A program made the position numbers and the translations under genes. Shown here in pieces: positions 13,076-24,600 of a DNA stretch of 64,000 bases (position 1 is the first letter of the stretch; each line of letters starts with the position of its first letter). The notes beneath the pieces were generated by a model, which did not search any database, had not been told where the DNA came from, and saw only the letters and a program-made list of their open reading frames with translations. Source of the stretch: Macrostomum lignano (Eukaryota); NCBI GenBank assembly GCA_002269645.1, contig NIVC01000219.1:286262-350261 (forward strand), read 5' to 3'.

Positions 13076-14479
13076 AAGACTGAACTTAGAGTAGGTGATT
13101 ATCTTACCTTCTTTTACATAGCGCTCGACCAATTCCTGCTTACGTGATCGCTTCATTTGACTTAAAATGCAAGTATAGTCAAACAACTGGTGTAATGTAG
13201 ACTTGGTTTGAGTTATTGAATATTTTCTGTCTGTGTGTTCGTGTATAAAGTATAAAGAAGCATGTTGACATGGTTGTTGGTATATTATCTGTAAACCATC
13301 TGCTCAAGTTGGTGCGAAAATATTATAGGTACTCAAGAATAGATCATTTTATTATCTTTCTTCAAAAGGGTGATAATAATCGCAAGTTTTCAATTCCACA
13401 TTTCGATAACACTTGAAATGTGTGAATAGCTTTGAAGTAAATTTAACTTGAATGAAATTATATGAAGTGTGTTTGTGCCACCATTGCTAGATTCGTTTAC
13501 TTGTATTTTGGACAGGTGCATATGCAATTCGTCTGAATAATCAATTATTCGTTGCGTTTTTTTAACGTGCACATGAAAATTTAGACTGCGTAATAATAGC
13601 TTCAAAATCTTCAAAATCTGTCTCTTCAGCTGATGTAGTGTTGCCCGTCGGCATCCGCAGCAGGGACTGAGAAATATTATTAAAAAAATTGTATTACGGG
13701 AAAAGACAGGGAAAAAGCTATCATCGACAACAATTAAAAATCGAGACAATTGTAAACTTACGTGCATACTCGGCAAAGAAATCCGCTTGTCATTAGAAGG
13801 TCGATTGTTGCTCGATTGTATAGTTATAGGGCGGCAGTTTAGCGTTAACACAGTGGTTCATAATTGTCTTTAGCAAATCTAGGTCTTTAGAAACAGCAAC
13901 GACAATAGCGGAATACATGTCGCCATCGTAGGAGACTCTAGTTTTAAGATCTTGGGTAGTTGTGCTATTTTCCGAAATCGAGCGGACAAGCGCATCAGTC
14001 AGTAGAGATTTGTCTTCTTCAGTTATGTAGAATGTTTTGTCTTTTAAAAAATACAGCAGCCAAAATGTTTCATTGCTACAGTTGGTGGGCTCCATCTGAA
14101 GCAAAATAGATGAGCAGAAAGTCTCGCTAATAGCAAATTTTAGCAGAAAGGTATAATTATAAATTCTGATTCAGACACAGGAATTCCAACACATTTTGTC
14201 ACAAAGCCAACATCTTTAGCTCTAAAACTAGACTTCCTGTAGTAGCCAATTCCAAGCATTGCCGAAGGATGTGTGGCCGTCATCTGTTTTGTAGGCATAA
14301 AGATCCTTGGTCATGGACAAAAATACACCAGAGACAAACTTCTTACAGATGGAAACGTGTGACACAAGAATAACTCTGTTATCACTTGTAAAAACTATGT
14401 TGTTAGGAAATTTGTCTGTCACATTAAAAGATGAAAGAGCAACATTAGAGTAAATGTCTCGAACTGCTAGAAGCTGATT

Positions 14480-14851
14480 TATTTTATTTTTTTTTTATTA
14501 GAGGCAGGGGGGTTGTGTGCACCCTGGCGCAATTTAAGCGTCATTGGCACACAACCGGCGAGAGGCATTACTGCCCATTCCGCCGACTCCCCTGAGCAGG
14601 CATACAAGCGCGCGGATACGTTACGCAGGCACACACTCACACAGGAGTGTACAGCGGCCCTAACTTTATTAATTGTTAGGCATGTACACTTCACTGCGCC
14701 TTGGGGGGTTGGCTCTCAAGGCCGTTAATTGCACAAGCGAGCCAAGCCAAGATTCCAATCCAGCCCCAAATTAATGTGGCTGCACTTGGAATCGAGCCTG
14801 GGTCGCGGCACACCAGAGCAGCTGCGCTACCGCTGGGCTACGGCCCCCCTG
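14480..14851 (-). mobile_element. tRNA-derived SINE
   Basis: Head GGGGGCCGTAGCCCAGCGG (A box) ... GGCTCGATTCC (B box), an A-rich tail, and a 12-bp TSD tagaagctgatt at 14468-14479 and 14852-14863. Confidence 0.9.
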
Positions 14852-16131
14852 TAGAAGCTGATTGAGTGATTGTTAAAATATTCCACTAGTGGCCCGAATT
14901 CTTTTTTTTAGCAATGATAGATAATTTTCAAAAGGAAAAGCAGAGATGTCCTCAGCTGTTACAGTATCTCCTAAATAATCGCATAGGTGCAGCAGACAAT
15001 GAAAGTTAAACGAATAAAAGCAGCGGTCAAATAGTTCCTCCACTTTGACAACAAATAGCTCAATCATTACACTGGCATATGACTTTAGATGAAGAAGTCG
15101 CGGCGAGGAGAGAATATACATGGCCATATGAAGGAGAAGAAAGTGCTGGTAATAATCATCTCTTAAGCTGTTGCGTAAAACAAATGGACCAAAGTATAGA
15201 AGCCAGCCTTGAAACTCGAAAGCCTTAAAATGGCACAGTTCATTTGTATGGCGTATTTTGCTCTGAAAGTCAGATGGAATACATTTCTGCAATGCTGTGA
15301 CCTGGGCGTTAACATTCTTTAGCAGCTGCTGTGATAATTTACATTGAAGCCAAATGCCTTTGATGGATGTAAAATAACATTTCAAAAGTTTTTTAGTAAC
15401 TCCAAGATATACCATATGCATTGTATCAGGAACAAAGCTATTTGAAATGAAACGAGACCCAACATTGGGGATCTTACAGATAGCATATTATTTTCTTGGC
15501 CAGCAAGGTAGGATAGATCAGTTCTTTGATTTGCAGGATTATAACTACTAGGAGGAAAAACTATACGCTCACGAAAGTATTCTACTTGTTTTCGACAATA
15601 CATGCAACCAGAGTAGCCACTGTGCCCAATGACTGACATAATAAAGCTACGAGCAGGAGCATCACATACGAAAATAATAGATCCAAGTTGCCAAACTTTG
15701 TCATCAATAAAAATGCCAGATGCCTTTAGTTGTTGTAATTCCTTAGTTAAATTATCCAAAAAAGGTTCAAATTTGGTTTTCCTACTCCACAAAATATGCC
15801 CAAAAGGTAATGGATTCTTGAAACCTTTGATTTGCATTAAAATAGTCCATAAGCCAATAGATGAAGAATGAAAAAGTGGCAAACCATCTATGTTGATTTT
15901 TATTTGAGGAATAGTTCCTGACGCCATGGAAAACTTTTCTGGTGCCTGTTGAAAGGCATATATCAAATTGCTAGCCATAGACAAATATGCCAGATTATTG
16001 GATGTTATTAAGCCCACAAGATTGGTGGAACCACAGTTTGGTTTGCCCATTTTCTTAAGAAGAAACATAGACTCTGGTATACCTTGAACATTGTATCGAT
16101 TAAGGATTGCCAATAGAGCTGAAATATGTAG

Positions 16132-17312
16132 TGTGAGCATCTTTGCGTGTATTTTGTTGTAAATTGACTGCATTAGTTTCTATATTGTTATTGAATTGTT
16201 ATTTTGCTTTAGTTTAGTCATGCGTTTTTTGTGTACTTTTTCTAGTTGGTTGAAATCTAAAATGGTAAACAGGTTAGAGTTAGACGCCGTTTGTGACTCA
16301 GCGGAGGGTTGAGTTTGTCTGCGAACCCCAGCTTTGCGCGGTCAGCCAATCAGAACCGGCCTGGACCCTGGCACGCGGCAAGTTTCAATTCTACCCGGCG
16401 CCGCGGGCACAGTGCAATTCGGCTTAGCAAGCGGCCGGCCAGACGACCACCACCCGGCTTGAGGGGGGTTTTGAGGGGTTGCGACTCTGACTATATATGA
16501 ATGTGTGTTTGGCAATCAGATCTCACTTTTTCCTTCTCCCTTTCCCCGGTTTTGTCTTGTCCAGCTTCCCGGCCGGTGGCCCGATTTTCTCCTCTCGTTG
16601 GTTCGCGCTTTGAGGCGCCTGAATTCATCACCCCGGTCCGTATTTTTGTTCCCGCCCAACCGCAGTAGTCTTGTGGCGTAACGTCTACGGCAAATTTCTG
16701 TCTGAAGTCGTCGCTATCAAGCGCGGTTAGTTAGAGACTGTCGGATCTGATCAAGTACGCGGCCTCGACCCCGAGGGCCTCAGTGTTACACTGAAGGGCA
16801 GTGCCGATAGAATTTAGTCGGTACTCCGTTGAACGGTCGGTTCGGCAGGGCTCTCGTTTGAGTGTAGGTTCTGGCTTAGGCCAGGGGTTAGGAGTCTTCT
16901 CCGTGGTCGTGTTCGGTTCTCCTTCTTCTTCTTCGAGCTGAGATCCGCTTGTCAGTGCGTAATATAATCATTATTATTAATCGTTATTATTCGTTATCAT
17001 CAGTCTAATTATCTGCGTCGCGAATTGCTTGAATCCTGTAACTTGTATAACCGAATTAAATCGTCTAGCCAATTATCAGTTGTATCACATAGGATTATCA
17101 CTCTCTAAATCTTTCGGTTTGTGTTCCCTCGTGTTCTTTCTTTTCTTGTACTGTACCTGCGGCTATTGGAGAAAGACTGGTAGGACTCGCCGACCGGCGA
17201 TAGGCGATTAGGATTAATAGCTTTAAAATCTCCAAACGCTCCAAGTAGGTTTGTCTAGGGCCTAAATAATTGCTTACCGTGCATGCTATTATCTAATTGC
17301 CTATTTATCACA
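16132..17312. mobile_element. Solo-LTR-like insertion (~1.18 kb)
   Basis: Bounded by TGTGA...TCACA, interrupts the CACTA frame between PYRTM and LHISALL, and has a TATA-like element near 16493. The TSD is not clean. Confidence 0.5.
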
Positions 17313-20300
17313 CATAGTTCGGTAAGGAAGGTTGAAAGTCAAATAAAACAAGAAAAGCTGTTCTGCCAATGTTAGCTCAGGTGCATCAGGCAAGGGAATA
17401 TCAGATTCTTTTTCATTGCTTTCATCAAATAAGCTATCCAATAGATCATTAAAGCCTATTTCTTCATTTTGCTCTTCCATTTCTATGCTATTACCATTGC
17501 TTTGTTCATCCAAGGATATAACAGTAGCTTCCATAGCACAAGCAGTAGCATCTTGATTATCTCGTAGATTAGTAGCTTCCAAATCATTAAGTCTAGTTAG
17601 TTCTTTTAAAATACTTTTAATCTTGCGATTTTGTACTCGAGCAGCACTTTTATTTGGTGACATATTAAATAGGACAATATCCAATGGGTCAAAATTATTT
17701 CTGGATTGAGTACAAAGCTTGCAAGTTAAAACGGTATATAATTATTAAATTTATACTTCTTTGTGATTTAATCTGCAAAGTAGAATAAATGTGTAACTTA
17801 CTCTTTAAGTTATTCTAAATAGTAAGCTAACTATTTTGATATTTTACATAATAAGTCTTTAGCTAGCCAAAAAACAGACAAATTAGATATAATATTGACA
17901 TTAAAAAAAACTTTAAAAATATTTTATAGATAGCAATAACACATAAACATATTAATATGCTACAAAATTTCTAAATACTATGGGCCCTTAAAATATTGCA
18001 ATCCTTTGTGAAATTGATGGTATTAGGCTTATAGCCATAGGCTATAACTAATGATTAATTAAATTTTTAAATATCTCTAAATTAATACACTGAAATTACA
18101 TTGCTTCAAATTATTATTTGCTTAAGATAGCCTTCTAGGCTAGGTTATTATACAATAGAGATATTATAGCATTCTGACTCTAGATTGTATCTTGAAATTT
18201 GATGTAGCCTTGTAGGATATAATTTTGTATCCAGATTTTTTTAATTTATAAAAAGTCCATGAAATGGGACTTTAAAATATGGAGTATTTATAGACATGGT
18301 TGCCATGCAGGCTCTTATTGTGATGGCTGCTATGCCTCTAGTATGGGGACTTTATATTTAAGGGACACAGCTGCCATGTCTATAAGCTCCAATATTACAG
18401 AAATGGCGGCCATGTCTATAAGTATAGTCCTAATCAATATTAAAGCCACGGCCACTATGCCTATAAGCTTTTGCATTATAGACACAGCCACATGTCTCTA
18501 AGTGTGGCATTTAAAATATTGTATCCCAACCCTTAAAATTGCATCTTGAATTTTGGGACACAATGAGATTTTGCATCTTACGTAGCCTAGCCTAGTGAAA
18601 AAATCTAGCTATTACAGATCTAAAGAATTTTATAACAATTATAATTTGACTAGTCTATACTCGTAGGTCTAATTTTAGGTTTTGCCTAATTAGCTAGATA
18701 TATAGCAATTTAGTGGGACTATAAATGAATATAGGAATATTATACAATTTTCCTAGACTCTAGAGGCTTCAATTCTTATAAGTTTATTACTTAGCTATTA
18801 AGTCACAAGTGAAATGGGCAATTTTGGGCAAAAAGGTTATCAATATAAAAGTAGTAGCCTTGTATAATTAAAGGAATATTCTAGAATCCTACAAATAGAA
18901 TAGGCCTATGACAAAAGCCTTAGGGTCAAGTCTAACATTAGCCTTTGGACTAAATAGCCAGGCCAAAGTTAGACCTAGCTAGACCTACATAAACCCTCCT
19001 ATCTTAGATATTATATTTAGCTTAAGGCCTTTGATTTCCATTGGCATTTCATGTCCATATAAAAAAATAAATATATTAAACAGTTTTCTACTGATTATAT
19101 TAAGGCACACTGGTATATACGGCTATTCAGGACAGTAGGCCTGTAGAAAATTTGTGTACCAACCAAAAAGTTATATAGTTTACAATAGTAAATAGTTCTT
19201 GTACTTAACAAGAAGCTAAACATACGCTCGTAGTAAGATTTTTATAAGTGGATGCAAAGACATGATGCGGCTGATGCCCTATACTATAGCATGACCTAAA
19301 CAATGCACCGAAATATGACGCCTGTTAATAATTCAAAAAAATATAGGTGACTACACTTCAAAAACTGGAGATTGTTCTGCATTGAGAAAAACACGCGTCA
19401 TTTTAACAAGCTATTTTATTTTTTGGAAAATTCATCTCAGGCCTTGAATAATTTAGGATTTTACAATATAGGCATCTATATATATAAATTAAGCTAAAAG
19501 TATTAATACGTTTTTTTAAAACATATGTAGAGCCTATCCATCCTTGCTTTTAAATCTAGAACATGGATTTCAGTGATTTGCTTCTGCATGTATTCCATGC
19601 AGATTGCGACCATGTAGAATCACCATTAATTCTTTTGTCGAAAAAATACAGTAATCACAGTCGATTAGTTATTTATTTGCATCTTTATAGTCTATAATGC
19701 AATTTTTAAATAAAATTACCACAATGTCTGACATTTCTTAAAATCCATGTTACAATATGGAATCGATATGGAATCCACTTACGAATTTTCACTGGGAGCC
19801 TCGACTCAAGCATCCAGCTCACCTTCAGATTCTGCAGCTTCTGAAGACCCCCTAGGCCTCGTCCTCTTCAATGTAGAGTCAATGACTTGACTCAAGTGAG
19901 CTGATAGCAGACTCCGGCAGGTTCCCTTTTTCTGCTGGCTTTTCTTTTTCCTCTATTTGCTCTTCTTGATGGCGCAGATTACCTTCCAGCGGTTGTTTTC
20001 TTGTTTTCTTTTGTCATCGCTGACGATCCTATCCTCCGATCCTCTGCAGTGCTTAGCCGTCCCCAATGCACATAGATAGGGCTGCAGTTCTTAGCCGTCC
20101 TCAATGCACAGAGATAGGGCTCATATCTCTGCAGTGCTTAGCCATCCTCAATGCACAGAAATAGGGCTCATATCTCCGCAGTGTATTCTTCTCTATACTT
20201 TTGCAGTGCCGCCTATCTCCCCAGTGCTAGTGCGGCAGTATCATAATTCGCCCTACTGCTTGTATTTTTCAGACTGCACACCGCATTCACACTGGGCTGT

Positions 20301-20726
20301 TAATCAGGACTGATGCTAGGCAAACGTCGAACTGCAGGTGCAATAGAGTCTACTTCCTGTTCGTTAGGTTGTGTGCTGCAAGCGGCTGGTGATGAGGGCC
20401 TAGCAGGGAGGGTGACAGGACGTAAGCCTGAGAAGGCCCATCAGAGTCCCCATCCTGATTCCAGGCCTGGGAATCCTGCGGAGTACCAGCCAACGTAGTC
20501 TCACCGTCATTGGAAAACCCGTCAAGGTCAGATATCAGAGACTCGGTTATCAAGGAATCCAGACGCCTCGCACAGTTGATGGGGCCCCTCGACATAGCTT
20601 TGCTAGTAGTGCTAGTAGAGTGAGTAGTTCGTTGCGAGTCGCCGGAATTAATGCTGGAATAAATGTGAGGAGATTTCATTTCGCCCGAATAAAATGTAAG
20701 ACGGTCACAAAAAGATAGTGATCATT

Positions 20727-21119
20727 AGTAGTAGTATGTTATAAGGGGCTGCGCCACACTTATTGCTCGGGCGCATTGCGCGCCAGCTCGCTGGTGACTC
20801 AGCCCCTTATAACATACTACTACTACCAGGAGGTCATGGTTGCAATTGTGTGTGATAAATAAATATACATATATCTGTGGGTGAGGGTGTTGAGGGTGAG
20901 GGCATGTGGGGGCATTGGCATGTGGAATATTTCACAGAACACAGATTTTCCGGAATTTTTATACTTTTAAAAAAGGAGGGTGCCCTCGCCCTCATGCCCT
21001 CACTCATTTGAAAAATCACTAAAAACAGGTGAAAAATGACTAAAAACAGGTGAAAATGGTCTGAAAACAGCGATTTTTTGTGATTTTCAAAAATTTTGAA
21101 AAGTGCAATTTTCACGATT
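20727..21119 (+). repeat. Polinton left TIR with terminal hairpin
   Basis: Near-perfect reverse complement of 26139-26532. It is cut on the inside by a Helitron at about 21120. Confidence 0.9.
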
Positions 21120-21733
21120 TCCTATATACTAAAAATGGTCTGTCTGTGTCTATGTGATCGATTAGAGAAAAAATGGCTGTACCGATTTTGTTCGAACTTG
21201 CACTGTTCGATCAGAAATTTTCCCGTGACTGTACATGCATCGTGGCTAAGAAATTTCTTGATGCTAAAGGCATTAAATATTCGAAAAACATGCTTTTTTG
21301 CAAAGGTCAAGCAAACTTTTCGACTTGAAATGCATTGTAAGAATGCTAGACAAAAAACTGACTGGTTGAATTCTGATTCTGAAATAGATTGCATCATAAC
21401 TGAATTGTAACTCCGACTTGAATTGAAAATGCAGTGTGGAAGCGTAGCACCAGACTTGATTTAGATTGCGTAACCATATTGTTAACTGATACTGACTGAC
21501 TGAGAAACTGATTATGTCATAACTGCTTCGTGTGATTTACTCTATGCTTGGATTTTAAAGTGTTGAATTATATAAGTGCAAAATTTGATGTTATCAAAAC
21601 GATGAGAGCTAGCCTAGAGGTGAACAAACTGAACTGTTAAATGCAGCGACGATGGTTCGAATTTTCATAGAGTATAATTTTTTAATTAAAGCTTTTCAAC
21701 GTCAGGAAAACTAAAAGACTTTTTAAAAAGAAT

Positions 21734-22985
21734 CGTCATGTAAAAATCATAGAAGCGTCATGTAAAAAATCATAGAAGCGTCATGTAAACAATCATAGAA
21801 GCGTCATGTAAAAAATCATAGAAGCGTCATGTAAACAATCATAGAAGCGTCATGTAAAAAATCATAGAAGCGTCATGTAAACAATCATAGAAGCGTCATT
21901 TAAACAATCATAGAAGCGTCATGTAAACAATCATAGAAGCGTCATGTAAACAATCATAGAAGCGTCATATAAAAATCATAGAAGCGTCATGTAAACAATC
22001 ATAGAAGCGTCATGTAAACAATCATAGAAGCGTCATGTAAACAATCATAGAAGCGTCATTTAAACAATCATAGAAGCGTCATGTAAACAATCATAGAAGC
22101 GTCATGTAAAAAATCATAGAAGCGTCATGTAAACAATCATAGAAGCGCCATGTAAAAAATCATAGAAGCGTCATGAAACAATCATAGAAGCGTCATGTAA
22201 AAAATCATAGAAGCGTCATGTAAAAAGCATAGAAGCGTCATGTAAAAATCATAGAAGCGTCGTATAAACAATCATAGAAGCGTCATGTAAACAATCATAG
22301 AAGCGTCATGTAAAAAATCATAGAAGCGTCATGTAAACAATCATAGAAGCGTCATGAAACAATCATAGAAGCGTCATGTAAAAAATCATAGAAGCGTCAT
22401 GTAAAAAGCATAGAAGCGTCATGTAAAAATCATAGAAGCGTCGTATAAACAATCATAGAAGCGTCATGTAAACAATCATAGAAGCGTCATGTAAACAATC
22501 ATAGAAGCGTCATGTAAACAATCATAGAAGCGTCATGAAACAATCATAGAAGCGTCATGTAAACAATCATAGAAGCGTCATGTAAAAAGCATAGAAGCGT
22601 CATGTAAAAATCATAGAAGCGTCGTATAAACAATCATAGAAGCGTCATGTAAACAATCATAGAAGCGTCATGTAAAAATCATAAAAGCGTCATGTAAACA
22701 ATCATAGAAGCGTCCTGCAGAAATCGTAGAAGCGTCATGAAATAATCATAGAAGCGTCATGTAAAAAATCATAGAAGCGTCATGTAAACAATCATAGAAG
22801 CGTCATGTAAACAATCATAGAAGCGTCATGTAAACAATCATGGAAGCGTTATGTAAAAAAATCATAGAAGCGTCATGTAAAAAGCATAGAAGCGTCATAT
22901 AAACAATCATAGAAGCGTCATATAAAAAATCATAGAAGTGTCATGTAAAAATCATAGAAGCGTCATGAAAAAATCATAGGAGCCT
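21734..22985 (+). repeat. 23-bp satellite array (ATCATAGAAGCGTCATGTAAACA)n
   Basis: Dozens of head-to-tail copies with period about 23. Confidence 0.97.
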
Positions 22986-23897
22986 CATTTAAAAACTAAT
23001 GAAAGTGTCATTTAAAAAATTAAGAAGCATCATGGTAGAATAAAAGAAGCGTCATGTCAGACATGAAGGGTGTCATGTAAAAATTAAATGCAGCTATAAT
23101 GCTGTGCTGGGGAGAAAAACTGAGACGTAAAGGCTCTCAGAGAATAACTGAGATTACGGGGGGGGGGTTCTGAGATGTCAAAGCAAAAGTCAGAAGCTAC
23201 TTCAAAGTTCATGTACTTTACTCAATTTTTTTATTGCATTATTTGTTGGCTCGCCACGGGGGGGGCGCTGATAGAAGAAGAGTCATGTAAAAAATAAAAG
23301 TAGCACTACGTATACATAAAAGAAAAGTCATGTCGAAGTTAAAAGATTCATTTGGGAATTGCTACGATGTCAAAGCTTGGTGGAAATCGTTATAGTGCTG
23401 TGATTCTTAAAGAAGGAATCACTAAAATGTCAAGGCTTAGGGGAGAAGAATTGCTGAGATTTCAAGGCTTTAGGTTGGGTTAAAGTTAGGTTTAGGTCAG
23501 GTGTGGGTTGAGGGTTATATTTTATCGGATTTCAAGGTTAACAGAATAACAGGGGATTTTTTAGATTTCAAGGTTTATGGGGGCCATCGCTGACATGTTA
23601 AGACTTACGGGGGAATATCTGAGATGTCAAGGTTCACGGGGGTATAAATGAGATTTCAAGGCTAAAGTCAGAAGCTACATGTAGTTTATTGAAAACTTTT
23701 TATTACATTATTTGATGCCTCCTCTGGGGAGGGATCGCTGATAAAAAAAGCGTAATGTAAAAAATAAAATAAGCTTCATGTCGAAGTTAAGAGATTCATT
23801 TGGGAATCTCTACGATGTCGAGGCTTGCAGGGAATCGCTATAATGCTGTAGTAGTGCTATAATGACTCTTAGAGAGAATTACTGAAATTTCAATGCT

Positions 23898-23958
23898 TTA
23901 GGGTTAGGTTAGGGTTAGGGTTAGGGTTAGGGTTAGGGTTAGGCTAGGGTTAGGGTTA
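23898..23958 (+). repeat. Interstitial (TTAGGG)n tract inside the Helitron
   Basis: About nine telomere-type hexamers; the same tract occurs in the other copies. Confidence 0.95.
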
Positions 23959-24119
23959 GAAGGTTGACAGATATTTTTAGATTTCCAAGGCTTATTTGGG
24001 GCATTGCTGAGATGTCAAGGGGGGAAGTTGATATGTTAAAGCTTGTGGGGGGGGGAATTACTGACATGTCAAGGCTTACAAGGTTTGACAGGAGATTTTT
24101 TAAGATTTCAAGGATACAT

Positions 24120-24600
24120 TATCAGAATCTCAGAATGGATTGTGTTGTTGTATTTTTCAACAATAGCTGGCAATGTGTGGAGCCACTTCTGATTACCCTG
24201 TAGATCAAATTCAAACCAGAGTTTATTTGTGAGAGTACGATTGAACCTCTCAATCATTGCATTCTTGGACTCGCCATAAATTGAAAACATCTTGTTAATA
24301 TATTCACCCCTTTCATCCTTCCTTCTAATGTTGTCTTTTGAAAACGAGTATAGCTTGTACATATGCTGATTATAAAACTCCTTGCCTTCATCTACACAAA
24401 GTCTCTCTGATCGTCTTCCTGATTCCTTAAATACTTTTTGGAAAGCTTCTGCAACTTCCGCTCCCGTCTTTGTTTTCAAAGGAACTGCCCAGGCGTAACG
24501 TGTAAAACCATCTATGATAGTTAGAGCATATTTGTAACCTCTTTCGGGCGGTAGGATAATGATATCTGCATGCCAAATTGTGTCTTGCATAGTGAATCAT
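24120..24600 (-). pseudogene. Polinton-type retroviral-like (rve/DDE) integrase, 3'-truncated
   Basis: WHADIIIL...YALTIIDGFTRYAWAVPLKTKTGAEV, LCVDEGKEFYN and KNAMIERFNRTL (D, D, E), then YNNTIHS where the Helitron junction cuts it. Confidence 0.92.

Larger units (their letters stand above)
13390..17684 (-). pseudogene. Decayed CACTA/EnSpm (CMC)-type transposase, interrupted by a SINE and an LTR-like insert
   Basis: NIDGLPLF, CDAPAR...GHSGY..C..C, MHMVYLGV, FQGWLLYFGP and SAFPFENYLSLLKKRIR motifs, with frameshifts. A candidate terminus CCCAGTGAAA (minus strand) lies at 19796; the partner terminus was not found. Confidence 0.8.
21120..24119 (+). mobile_element. Non-autonomous satellite-bearing Helitron, copy A, lacking its 3' end
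   Basis: TCCTATATACTAAAAATGGTCTGTCTG 5' module; collinear with 33045-35545 up to ...ggatacat; the hairpin and CTAG are missing. Confidence 0.85.

Noticed and set aside
19757-19796. CCCAGTGAAA as the CACTA element terminus
   Set aside because: It is plausible, but no matching inverted terminus or TSD was found on the other side, so element limits were not called.
20834-21115. ORF repeated at 26150-26452
   Set aside because: It lies within the Polinton TIRs and has no recognisable domain.
21096-21410. Recurrent ~90-120 aa ORFs (MMQSISESEF..., ...RFCSNLHCSIRNF...) here and at 33.0, 36.3, 40.2 and 50.3 kb
   Set aside because: They are chance frames in the repeated non-coding Helitron 5' module and vary in length and strand between copies.
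21734-22985. Regular 23-bp repeats resembling a CRISPR array (also at 31.8-36 kb and 40.8-41.5 kb)
   Set aside because: The units are contiguous with no unique spacers, the context is eukaryotic, and no cas genes are present. These are satellites.
23898-23958. Possible chromosome end or fusion site
   Set aside because: The tract is short and embedded at the same position in three copies of a transposon.
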